Below are positions 13,077 to 24,250 of a stretch of DNA of 51,148 nucleotides, in pieces (the stretch's first letter is position 1; each line of letters begins with the position of its first letter). Below the pieces are notes generated by a model that saw nothing but the letters and a program-made list of their open reading frames with translations, was not told the origin of the DNA and did not search any database. The position numbers and the translations under genes are program-made. The DNA comes from Tubiluchus corallicola (Eukaryota; Animalia; Priapulida): assembly GCA_030141605.1 (NCBI GenBank), contig JAQGDQ010000916.1:29553-80700 (forward strand). The letters are read 5' to 3'.

Positions 13077-13258
13077 TGTTAAATTATTAAGAATTTTCTT
13101 TTCCAATTACATAAGTCCTTCAAGGAAGTACGCATAGTGCTAAGTAAAGTAGCTTTTTTGTGAGACAAACTTCAAAATTCCCTTTTCCGCTCCTTTAAGA
13201 AAATTAAAATTTGAAAAATTTAACTTTATACGCTCTCTTTTTTACGGGCAACACTTAC

Positions 13259-13382
13259 AGGAACTGGCATCGGACTTCGGTCCTTCATTGGCTGAATCTC
13301 GCTGTTCAATGCATCCAAGAAGTTTGCATGAGTGACAAAATTTTCCTGCATTGAGCGCTTCTCGACTTGATACTTTATACAC
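13259..13382 (-). CDS. CUB receptor-like gene juxtamembrane exon (CIKYQVEKRSMQENFVTHANFLDALNSEIQPMKDRSPMPVP)
   Basis: Acceptor gtttcag at 13383, donor gtaagt at 13258; phase 2 in and 0 out. Confidence 0.82.
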
Positions 13383-14335
13383 CTGAAACATCACAAAGAC
13401 CTGACAGTGCTTCTCGACTTGATACTTTATACACCTGAAACATCACAAAGACCTGACAGTGCTTCTCGACTTGATACTTTATACACCTGAAACATCACAA
13501 AGACCTGACAGTGCTTCTCAACTTGATATTTTATACACCTGAAACATCACAAAGACCTGACAGTGCTTCTTGACTTGATATTTTATACACCTGAAACATC
13601 ACAAAGACCTGACAGTGCTTCTCCACTTGATATTTTATACACCTGAAACATCACAAAGACCTGACAGTGCTTCTCAACTTGATATTTTATACACCTGAAA
13701 CATCACAAAGACCTGACAGCGCTTCTCCACTTGATACTTTATACACCTGAAACATCACAAAGACCTGACAGTGCTTCTCGACTTGATACTTTATACATCT
13801 GAAACATCACAAAGACCTGACAGCGCTTCTCCACTTGATACTTTATACACCTGAAACACCACAAAGACCTGACAGTGCTTCTCGACTTGATACTTTATAC
13901 ACCTGAAACATCACAAAGACCTGACAGCGCTTCTCGACTTGATACTTTATACACCTGAAACATCACAAAGACCTGACAGCGCTTCTCGACTTGATATTTT
14001 ATACACCTGAAACATCACAAAGACCTGACAGTGCTTCTCCACTTGATACTTTATACACCTGAAACATCACAAAGACCTGACAGCGCTTCTCGACTTGATA
14101 CTTTATACACCTGAAACATCACAAAGACCTGACAGTGCTTCTCGACTTGATACTTTATACACCTGAAACATCACAAAGACCTGACAGTGCTTCTCCACTT
14201 GATACTTTATACACCTGAAACATCACAAAGACCTGACAGTGCTTCTCGACTTGATACTTTATACACCTGAAACATCACAAAGACCTGACAGCGCTTCTCG
14301 ACTTGATATTTTATACACCCGAAACATCACAAACA
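13358..14335. repeat. 52-bp tandem array (~18-19 copies) duplicating the acceptor and first 25 nt of exon 13259-13382
   Basis: On - strand each unit reads cactgtcaggtctttgtgatgtttcag|GTGTATAAAGTATCAAGTCGAGAAG; period 52. Confidence 0.96.
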
Positions 14336-15229
14336 CCTAGTGCGTGTCAAATTCTGCAGCATCGCACCATTCAGAATAGGTCTTATAAGGTGTATGACTT
14401 TTCTGCTACTGTATGAGCACAGACGTAACTAAATGATTACAAATTAGGCAGTATATCGGCTATCCAATCATGCTATTTGTTTAAATATTTAAGAGTGGAT
14501 AAAATTAAGAAAAACAGGCTCTTTTCAGGCATGGAAACTTAGCCTGTTGCTAGTTAGACGGGTACCAGCGCTTGCATTTAAGAAACGCATTGCACAAAAA
14601 ATAGGTGCTTCCCTCACATTTGCTTCAGATGTGTTAGTTTGTGAGGAACCTCACATTTCCAACAGCTCATGCGCGAGCACAATGGTAAATTTGAAATTTG
14701 AATTTTTGTCTTAAAACTTGCCTAGTTTTATCACAACACACTGAATATCTCACAGTAGCACTATACTTCAATTTTCACTTTTGCAAACACGTGCAAGACG
14801 GTCGTGGAATATTTTTGATGTTGAAAATTGTTAGTTTGTGATGTCATCAATAGCTGGGCCAGCATGTCATTAGTTAAGATTTTAATGTAATATTTAATTA
14901 TCAGAAACGGTTTTGCAGTTTTAATTGCGTTAAAATGTATACTTTTTATAGTACTTGAAAATGGGGTAGTATATGAAAAATCATCCTGTCTTCCTTTAAT
15001 ACAGTTCATGCAAATAAAGCAAAAATTAGTCGAAGATAACACGTAGGTTTAGTAAGCAGTGCAGCAGCATTTCTCTTGTATTATTATAAATTAAACTTAC
15101 TTGAAACATATAACTGATCAGTCAATCATGATTTCTTATTTTTCATTTTCAGAAACTTCCCCTCTAGGATAATAATATTTTTACTAGCCAAACCCCACAA
15201 AAAGAATTTTGTGCACAAATCAACACACA

Positions 15230-15868
15230 ACCCACACCACACCACTCCACCTCATCACACCACACTGCACCACACCATACCACTCCACCTCATCGCACCA
15301 CACTGCACCACACAATACCACCACACCGCACCGCACCACACCATACCACCTACACACCACACCACCCACACCATACCACTCCACCACATCACACCACACT
15401 GCACCACACCATGCCACTGCACCACCCACACACCACCCACACCATAATACTCCGCCACATCACACCGCACAGCACCACACCATAACACCACACTGCACCA
15501 CACCACCCACCCACCTACACACCACACCACCCACACCATACCACTCCACCACACCACCCACACCATACCACTCCACCACATCACACCACACCGCACCACA
15601 CCATACCACTCCACCTCATCGCACCACACAATACCACACAATACTACCACACCGCACCACACCATACCACCTACACACCACACCACCCACACCATACCAC
15701 TGCACCACCCACACACCACACCACACCACCCACACACCACACCACACCACCCACACCATAATACTCCACCACATCACACCACACAGCACCACACCATAAC
15801 ACCACACTGCACCACACCATACCACCCACACCATACCACTCCACCACACTGCACCACACCATACCACT
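15230..15868. repeat. Imperfect (CACCA)n pentanucleotide microsatellite
   Basis: CACCA/CACCATAC variants; source of the H/T/P-rich ORFs. Confidence 0.93.
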
Positions 15869-15917
15869 GCATAATATTTTTATTACTTCCCACCCGTATA
15901 TATATCTGCAATGCGCA

Positions 15918-16388
15918 CCTCCATATAGTCTAAACAAGTGTTGCCTCCTCCACATAGTCTAAACAAGTGTTGCCTCCTCCATATAGTCTAAACAAGTGTT
16001 GCCTCCTCCACATAGTCTAAACAAGTGTTGCCTCCTCCATATAGTCTAAACAAGTGTTGCCTCTTCCATATAGTCTAAACAAGTGTTGCCTCTTCCATAT
16101 AGTCTAAACAAGTGTTGCCTCTTCCATATAGTCTAAACAAGTGTTGCCTCTTCCATATAGTCTAAACAAGTGTTGCCTCTTCCATATAGTCTAAACAAGT
16201 GTTGCCTCTTCCATATAGTCTAAACAAGTGTTTCCTCTTCCATATAGTCTAAACAAGTGTTGCCTCTTCCATATAGTCTAAACAAGTGTTGCCTCTTCCA
16301 TATAGTCTAAACAAGTGTTGCCTCTTCCATATAGTCTAAACAAGTGTTGCCTCCTCCATATAGTCTAAACAAGTGTTGCCTCCTCCAC
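15918..16388. repeat. 29-bp minisatellite, ~16 copies
   Basis: Unit ccatatagtctaaacaagtgttgcctctt. Confidence 0.96.
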
Positions 16389-16786
16389 AAATGCTTAGCG
16401 AATGTGTTAAAGCATTTATCATTTCTCTGTACCGACCATTAGTTTACATCGTAATTATGAAAATTAATACTACTAACGCCCTCTGTACCTCACACTAACC
16501 ATTAGCAATACATTGTAATTTTTCTCGTAACTAATTCTAGTGGCCTAGCATGAGCTAGCTTCTTAGGTCTCTAGCACAGAATTCATGAATTGTATCATAA
16601 TTTTGTATTAACAAAAACTCATTATCGGTGCACATCTAATGCATATGTATTATTGCGAAATAAATCTATTGAATTGAATTGAATGCACAGGATGTGATTA
16701 CACCCCACTACTGGCATTCTCATGAACATGAAATATTCCCGGTGGCCGAGGGTTTAACCCTTTTTTACAAATGTTTTTATACTCAC

Positions 16787-16886
16787 TTGCAATAAACGAC
16801 GGTCATTATGAGCAGAAGCAAGACTACGACGGCAGCGATGCTAGAGCAAAGGGTTACCATTGGCATGTCGATCGCAGCATCAGTAT
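16787..16886 (-). CDS. CUB receptor-like gene transmembrane exon (DTDAAIDMPMVTLCSSIAAVVVLLLLIMTVVYCK)
   Basis: Acceptor atctttag, donor gtgagt; hydrophobic ~23-aa stretch followed by K; phase 1 in and 2 out. Confidence 0.87.
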
Positions 16887-17035
16887 CTAAAGATTCAAAA
16901 GATGTACGATGATTTAAATGATGTTACTAGAAGCACAAGAAAACCCTCCACTTCCACAAAGCTTAAAACAATCACCGTTACTTCACAACTAATTACAAAA
17001 TGGCAGCCATTTGTATCAAGTGAAATCTGCACAAA

Positions 17036-17315
17036 CAGTAAGTCCTCGCTTAATGACTCCCCATTTAGCGGCGTTCTGTTTTAACGGCGCTGATCATTTG
17101 CCCCCCTTTTCTCACTTAACGACACACGTTTCATTTTAACCACATTTTTTTTACTGCTAACTGTCTATATACAATTGTAAACTAGAAATGTAATTACAGC
17201 AAGTCCTCGCTTAACGACTTCCCATTTAGCGACGTTCCGTTTTAACGGCGCTGATCATTTGCCCCCCTTTTCTCACTTAACAACGCACGTTTCATTCCAA
17301 CGACGATTTTTTTAC
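17036..17315. mobile_element. Two tandem truncated Tc1/pogo-like element ends
   Basis: cagtaagtcctcgcttaa...ccccccttttctcacttaac repeated at ~17036 and ~17197. Confidence 0.6.
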
Positions 17316-17642
17316 TTTCCTCACATCTATTTTTTATTTTATCAACAAATTTTTTACCTAATTAGAACTATTAAAGTGATACAAATTTCGTTATTCTGTT
17401 CTAAAAATGCATTAGTAACGTGAACAGTGTAACTGTTATAATTTCAATTTCAATTTATTTATTATTAACTCTGCAAGAATTATCAAAACACAGTATTAGG
17501 AATACATGCAATATTATGTAATAAAGGACAAGGGCAGCGAAGAACCCGTAGGCTATCTAGTCAGCCACCCTTAAACAGCTAGGATTGAATAAAATTAATT
17601 TTAGTACCGTCCTCAATTTAAATTTGAATTCTGTTTATGTGT

Positions 17643-18013
17643 TGTTGTGGAGATCGCTGGCGTCTATTAGAATTACATGGAACATTGTAGAATGTTCCGT
17701 TGCAATGATCGTCTTGCCGTGTGGAATGTTCTGGAACAAAACTTTTGGAACCTTCTCGGGCGTACTACATAAGGCGAAGCAGGCCGCTGACACAGGAGCA
17801 TACGGATTCACACGGACGCCACTTACACATTCTCTTGTATACTTACATTTTCAGATACACTCAAACGCTTTCCAGATTTTTACGTTTACTGTAAACATTT
17901 CGCGTTCCTTCATACTTTTGTGTTGTAGAATTCTCGCTTAATAAACTAGTTTAATTTGACGAAGTGTTTTCTGGTTTTCTCTACGAGCCTTCCGAGAGAA
18001 ACAAAACACAACA
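17643..18013 (+). mobile_element. Solo LTR-like element
   Basis: TG...CA ends with inverted tgttgtg/cacaaca; flanks tgtgt/cgtgt (4/5 TSD); internal AATAAA at ~17940. Confidence 0.65.
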
Positions 18014-18132
18014 CGTGTGTAACCAGCAATGAAATGATGGGAAATGTTATGCATGTTATAACTCTAGAACTTCCAGGCTTCTCAAATGAGGTGTTCTATT
18101 GATAGTGACTGAATATATTTAGAAAATGTGTA

Positions 18133-19444
18133 ATATAGGTTTTACATGTCAAATGTAGACCAACGTTAAGTCAAATGTAGATTCAGGTAATTCAAATGTG
18201 TCTTGGTAACTCAAATGTAGACTTAGGTAGTTCAAATGTGTCTTAGTAACTCAAATGTAGATTTAGGTAGTTCAAATGTGTCTTGGTAACTCAAATGTAG
18301 ATTTAGGTAGTTCAAATGTGTCTTGGTAACTCAAATGTAGATTTAGGTAGTTCAAATGTGTCTTGGTAACTCAAATGTAGATTTAGGTAGTTCAAATGTG
18401 TCTTGGTAACTCAAATGTAGATTTAGGTAATTCAAATATGTTAACAATGGTTTTCAACAAATCTTAAGCCTTTTCGTAAGTCAAATGTAGACACATGTCA
18501 AGTCAAATGTGACATTGGTATCACAAATGTGGAAAGGTGGTGAAGCTTAAGGATGTTAAATTTAATCTCCTTTAATCTTAATTTAATAATTGCTCTTAAG
18601 ACTGTGAAAATAACTTTATAGGTCTACTAATAGTTCACTAATATTCTGTAAACTTTACATACCATTGGAACTGTTAGAGAAAACAATACATGCTTAAAAT
18701 AAACAATGTTTCTTGAGAGAAACTAATTCATTAATGCAATGCATTACTTAAAAAACTAATTAGTGATTCACTGTTCATTGGGAAGTGGGAACCGATTTAT
18801 TTTTTTCTATCGACGTTATGGTTTATCCAAGAATTTCGTTTGAGGATAACCAATGCATTTTTCAAAGTTATGAAAGAACTGATGTCTATCTTTGGTTTAT
18901 CTTTTTGTAATTTGCTCATAAATGAATTAATTACCAATTTATTCAAAGTACCGCATCTACATTTGACTTACCTAAGTCACATTTGAGTTACCAAAACACA
19001 TTTGAAATTCCTATGTCTACATTTGACTTACCTAAGTCACATTTGAGTTACCAAAACACATTCGAAATTCCTATGTCTACATTTGACTCACCTAAGTCAC
19101 ATTTGAGTTACTAAAACACATTTGAAATTCTTATGTCTACATTTGACTTACCTAAGTCACATTTGAGTTAACAAAACACATTCGAAATTCCTATGTCTAC
19201 ATTTGACTCACCTAAGTCACATTTGAGTTACCAAAACACATTTGAAATCTCTATGTCTACATTTGACTTACGTAAGTCACATTTGAGTTAACAAAACACA
19301 TTCGAAATTCCTATGTCTACATTTGACTTACCTAAGTCACATTTGAGTTACCAAAACACATTTGAAATTCCTATGTCTACATTTGACTTACCCAAGTCAC
19401 ATTTGAACTTTCCTGTGTCTACATTTGAAGCGTAAAACCTATAT
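18133..19444. mobile_element. Foldback-like element with modular inverted arms
   Basis: TIR atataggttttac / gtaaaacctatat; left arm 40-bp tcaaatgtag repeats, right arm 60-61-bp gtctacatttga repeats in inverted orientation. Confidence 0.8.
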
Positions 19445-19451
19445 AAATTAC

Positions 19452-19640
19452 CTTGCTCATAAGTCCAATAATTAAAAGACACGTGGTCGGATGGATGCAT
19501 CAGAGTTGCTCTCATCCAAACTCGATTAGCTTTTGAATAGAACGGAGACGGCAAACCATCCTGGCAGACGTCGGCAAAAACGCTCTTCGCTCCGTCGACA
19601 GCGACATCTCCATACATCACAAATCCATTTGTACAGCCAC
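19452..19640 (-). CDS. CUB receptor-like gene, CUB domain C-terminal half (GGCTNGFVMYGDV...DVCQDGLPSPFYSKANRVWMR...SFNYWTYEQ)
   Basis: Acceptor ttctctag, donor gtaatt; phase 1/1; CUB-type C..G..C...F.S..N.vwm..F.Y pattern. Confidence 0.85.
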
Positions 19641-20099
19641 CTAGAGAAGAACAGAGAATTCACAATGCAACATGCGATTTCCTAGGGTAGCGCAACAATT
19701 CCGGGCGAGATTACCCCATAGGCTAGCATAGGCTGCACCCTAATGCCCATCTAACTAGCGAACGGCGAAATGTATGTAACAGCGAAGAACTAGTGGCGCA
19801 AACCTGAAATTGTGTTTGTGTGGTAATAATTCTTTCACCTAAGTTATTTTTAAAAAAATAGTATGCTTCCTTCCAATATCTTAAGGAGTAAATTGTTTTG
19901 ATCTACAGTTTAAGATTGGGTCCGGGGTTTTGCTTTAAAAAAACTATGAGAGCCATTAAGTTACGTATAATCATAACAAAAAACGATAACGATGGTGTAT
20001 GAAACATAATTTAAATTTAAAAAGAAATACAGAGCAATGATTCTCAACAAGTACAACACTTCCTAATATCCTACACCTACTGCAGCAGTCGTACCACAA

Positions 20100-20470
20100 T
20101 CCTGGTACAGATTATGCAAAACAAGGCATCACTGAAAAATCTTTAGAGCTGATGTCAACATAGCACAATCTATTATCTTTCTTCCTACCATTTCCACTAA
20201 CACATCCTTCTACCCTTCCTGTGTGATCTAACATTTCTCCCAGTTCTTTTTTTGTTCACTCATCCATTCTTTTTTTATCGGGTTCACATGACAGTGGGCT
20301 TATACAAGCCTTTGCTTCTCTAACCCCACTGCAGTACAATTAATCTTTTATGAAAATGATAGTGTATGAAACATAACAATTTAATACAGTATGAAGTAAT
20401 AATTTTGATGTCACTGTGTGCTTAATGTCATTATATTGTACTGAATGTGATAATAATAAACTAAAACTAA
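20100..20470 (+). mobile_element. Dispersed repeat, probable non-LTR retroelement 3' end (copy 1)
   Basis: Close match to 35452-35810; ends in taataataaa plus short simple-repeat tail. Confidence 0.7.
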
Positions 20471-20684
20471 AGGCAAAAATATTGAATTACGAACAATTAA
20501 CTTTCTTCAGCAAAAAATCTGCTAAGATGGTACTTTCCTGTCTACTAGAGCCATCTACTGGCAACAGAATGAAACAAAATAAACTATAGTTAATATTATA
20601 CAGGCCAACATCACAAATAAACGATAACGATTCTTTATTGTGAGAGACATCTAAAAAAAGTATGACCCAACATTAAATGGATTA

Positions 20685-21170
20685 AAGAAAAACCACATGA
20701 ATATGTAAACATCAGCTCAGAATAAACAATACTCTAAAATATTGAAAACTACAATAGTGTTTTTTTAAAATAAAAACTTAGTTTAAATAATAATTATGTC
20801 GGATACTCAAATTTCGTTAAACTTTCAAAAGCTAGTGAATCTACTAAGACTGGCAATGGCGCCTTTTTGTCACAAGCGCATGGCCGACAAATAGAAGGCG
20901 GTATCACGATAACCATGATCATGAACTGCAAAGTTAGTGTCTGACGTCATATGATGTAGAGCCCGTTTTCATCATGTGTTTAAGCAGTAATACTTACGCA
21001 AACGTACATGACATGCAAGGGAAGATGCGTGCCATTGCACTAACTGTGGTTAGTTTTTGATGTAAGCAACAGCTGTGTTCGGTTACCATTAATTAACTTC
21101 CATAGGCAAGAAAATACATATTTTGGACAGTAAATTCAAATGAGACTGAGTCTAAACAATCATCCGGTTT
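20685..21170 (-). mobile_element. Kolobok-like dispersed element copy 1
   Basis: Inverted homolog of 26751-27293; ttaa at left end; right end interrupted by the MITE at 21171. Confidence 0.65.
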
Positions 21171-21647
21171 CAGGGATGAGAATGACAAATTGCAAAAAAC
21201 CCTGAAACAGGCCGGGGGTTTGGGGGCCGCGTAGGCAGCAACAAATTGTGACCATAGAGAGCCTGTAAGTGGACTTAAAATATCAGTTACCTTGTTTCAT
21301 GCATAATCTAAAATACCCAACTATCAAGGATACATGATACCTAATTGTCTCAAAAACGCCTAAGTACTGGCCGCTCCTATGCAAAAGTATATAAAAACTG
21401 TCTGCAATTGACTCAAATAACTCCGCACAATTGATTCTATATTTTTAAACATAGAGATATACACGTGGTTACACTGATGTACGTGATGTAAACAAAGTGA
21501 CGGCCTGCCAACTAGCGGTCAGCTTGTGAAATAATGTACTGGGTCCGTAAAAATTTTCTCAACGAATTTACGCGATTTACAAAAATGGCACTACTGGTCT
21601 TCCAAAAACTCGGAATTCCGCGTATCCGCGGAAAATTCTCATCCCTG
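21171..21647. mobile_element. MITE with 13-bp TIR CAGGGATGAGAAT, copy 1
   Basis: cagggatgagaat / attctcatccctg; cggttt on both flanks; inverted copy at 42525. Confidence 0.87.
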
Positions 21648-21746
21648 CGGTTTGATATTGTGTTCCATTTTTTAGGAACTAGGTACATTAAATACTAATG
21701 CACAATTCACACTGAATCTGATTATCGTAAGGCTTTAATTAATATA

Positions 21747-22399
21747 CAGTGTTCCCGCACTTATCGCGGGTGTTCTGTTCCAGGCCCACCGGCGATAAGC
21801 GAATTTCCGCGAAGTAGGGACGCTATACTTATTTTAGTAGTTATACATTATTTTAAGTCTTTATAAACCCTCCCCACACTCTTGATATAACGAACCGTAG
21901 ACGGCCAACTGCAGCATACGATCTCCCGATTTTTGGTGTGTATTCATCCGCCGAATAGATACATTATTTACTGTAAATGGTAATTTTTGATGATTTATAA
22001 TATTCTTTTAATGTTAGAATTAATATTTTTAATATATTTTTTATACATTTTGTGATTTTTTTATGCAAAATTCATCAAATCTATACATTACTGTACAATA
22101 CGTACTACGCATGTGCAAAAATACTTTAGACGGAGTACCGCAAAAACCCGAGAAACAGCGAGAATACCGCGATAAACATCCATTATATTAATATTCTTGG
22201 TATGGGCTTTATATATAAGATTCGTGGCTAGAGCTCCGACGAGGGCACCATTTGCGGCGATCTATACATCAAACGAAAGGTCTCGATCTAGTGTCGTCTC
22301 ATTGATGGTTTATTTTTCGAATTTTACATTAATATTTTTGAAAGCCCGCAAAACAGCGAGTCCGCGATAAACAAACCGCGAAGTAGCGAGGGAACACTG
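21747..22399. mobile_element. Tc1/pogo(Tigger)-like MITE
   Basis: TIRs cagtgttcccgc / gcgagggaacactg flanked by TA. Confidence 0.85.
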
Positions 22400-22891
22400 T
22401 ACAACAGATTATTTGTGTCGTGCTGCACAAATCCTTCAGTAAGCATTATAGCTCAAACGTATGTTGTGGAGGTAAAGGTACGCCTTTTGTATATCTTTAA
22501 TATTTTTGTAATCATCTACGGACATCCTAAAGAATTTTAACACACACTTGCTTTCAACTCTTTTTTTCATAAGACGGCATACATGTTTGTCCACTTTTGC
22601 TAACTACAAACAAAATTTTGTTTTCTCTTTTGGTTTTTCCGTCCTAATCATAATAATAATCTTAAACACAAGAAATAATCCAAGTTTAACTCCATATTTA
22701 AAGGTAGCCACGTTTGTCTCTTCTTTGCTTTCCCGTGATTGAACATTATTCTATTAGATCATCTGTTAATCTGATAAAAAATCTTTGAGTACTTGGCACG
22801 CATTAATTAATTATATTAGTAATAATTTTGAGAGGGTGGCTGACCTTCATAACTTATAGTTCTTTTGCCACCCTTTCACCACTAATCAATA

Positions 22892-23226
22892 CAGTCGACC
22901 ATCGTTAAACCGGACCCCGGATATCGGATAAGACAGTCGTCATCCGTGGTAAAGGAAACTGACCGATTTCTGTCCGAGCCGGAGCGCTAAGCACAACACG
23001 GCCTACCAACTGTACAATAATTTCTTTATCCTCACAGGTTAACTATTTTAAAGTAATATACAGTATAGTACATAGTGCACAGTATATAGTGCAATGTATA
23101 TAGGCCTTATTAAGGTGATTATTCCTGTATAATATAGACCATATATAGGCATATCGGATAAATTGGACAATCGGCTAAACCGGACCCCCCCCCCCCCAAT
23201 TAGTCCGGTTGAACGAGGGTTGACTG
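22892..23226. mobile_element. Tc1/mariner-type MITE, family A copy 2 (inverted)
   Basis: cagtcgaccatcgttaa ... aacgagggttgactg with TA flanks; reverse-complement match to 2931-3286. Confidence 0.88.
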
Positions 23227-23629
23227 TAATTACTTTTGCACATTGTAATATTATTGTATGTTGTACAAAATTATAAATCATTTAGTTATGTATTTTGCTA
23301 TTATGAAAAAATGTGATAAACTAATAAACCTTATTTATTTACTTGCTTACTAACTATAGCAAGCAAGCGATCCCATATTGCAGTACATCACAACTAAGTG
23401 GAGAGGTAAATGCTAATAAAACTCACGGATAGGAAATTCTAATTTCAACCTCTAAAAAGCATCTGTTGTTTTCTAAAATAAAAAATGGCGGTGATTGCGA
23501 TCAGACGCTGCTTCAGATACCTTTGGGGATCCAACATTACTTCCCAAGACGTCCTAGTTATTCGTTTTTTATTTGATTTTATTAATTTCACTCTTTATTT
23601 TCTTAATTTAGAGTTTTTATAATCTTTAC

Positions 23630-23809
23630 CTATGAATCCTGGCAAACCAATGAATAAGTTTTTGAATGACAATGCAATAGAGCGAGATGACTCTGTCTGT
23701 AACAACCAATCACAGATTAGCGGCGTGTGGCTACCGGAAACTGCCACACTTCCGTTGTGTTCGTTCAGCACCACTGTTCTGGATCCGCATCCGCCGCCAG
23801 CAGCCATTA
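23630..23809 (-). CDS. CUB receptor-like gene, CUB domain N-terminal half (MAAGGGCGSRTVVLNEHNGSVAVSGSHTPLICDWLLQTESSRSIALSFKNLFIG...)
   Basis: CG...L...G.....C.W.l.......I.L.F..l CUB signature; donor gtaaag at 23629, phase 1; 5' end uncertain. Confidence 0.82.
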
Positions 23810-24149
23810 CTGAAACTGAAAGATACTGTCAATGCTCCGCAGAAAATAACGAAATAGGCTAAAGGACAAAATCGCTCTAACTGCGGATTAATACACAACA
23901 GTACAAAGATATTTCATTCATATAATTTGAGCTTAATAATAATATATTCGTATGTACTTACTACTATAGACTAGTATTCAATTGTTAACAAAATTGACAA
24001 AAACGAAAGAGCAAATTACATGGTCATCACTGGTTGTTAGCACATAAACATTACTAGAAAACTGCACCCATTAATGATACAACTGACTTTTTGCTAAACA
24101 GTAGAAAATTTGCAAAAAATCTAACAAACCTGCAATGTATTACCCACAT

Positions 24150-24250
24150 GGTCCAATGTTTACTTGTAGGCGGAACTTTTCTATTGGACTTATATAACAC
24201 ATATTCTTATTGGCTGACTGTCACGGAAAGTTTAGCACTTTAGCCAATCA
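24150..24250. promoter_or_regulatory. Cluster of four CCAAT boxes, putative promoter between divergent genes
   Basis: CCAAT 24153, ATTGG 24183, ATTGG 24209, CCAAT 24244; candidate - strand donor CAG|gtttgt at 24129. Confidence 0.45.

Noticed and set aside
13259-13382. Alternative open frame VYKVSSREALNAGKFCHSC...
   Set aside because: Open, but its phases do not fit the flanking TM and YEEI exons
15209-15955. H/T/P-rich and V/W/C-rich ORFs
   Set aside because: Products of the (CACCA)n microsatellite
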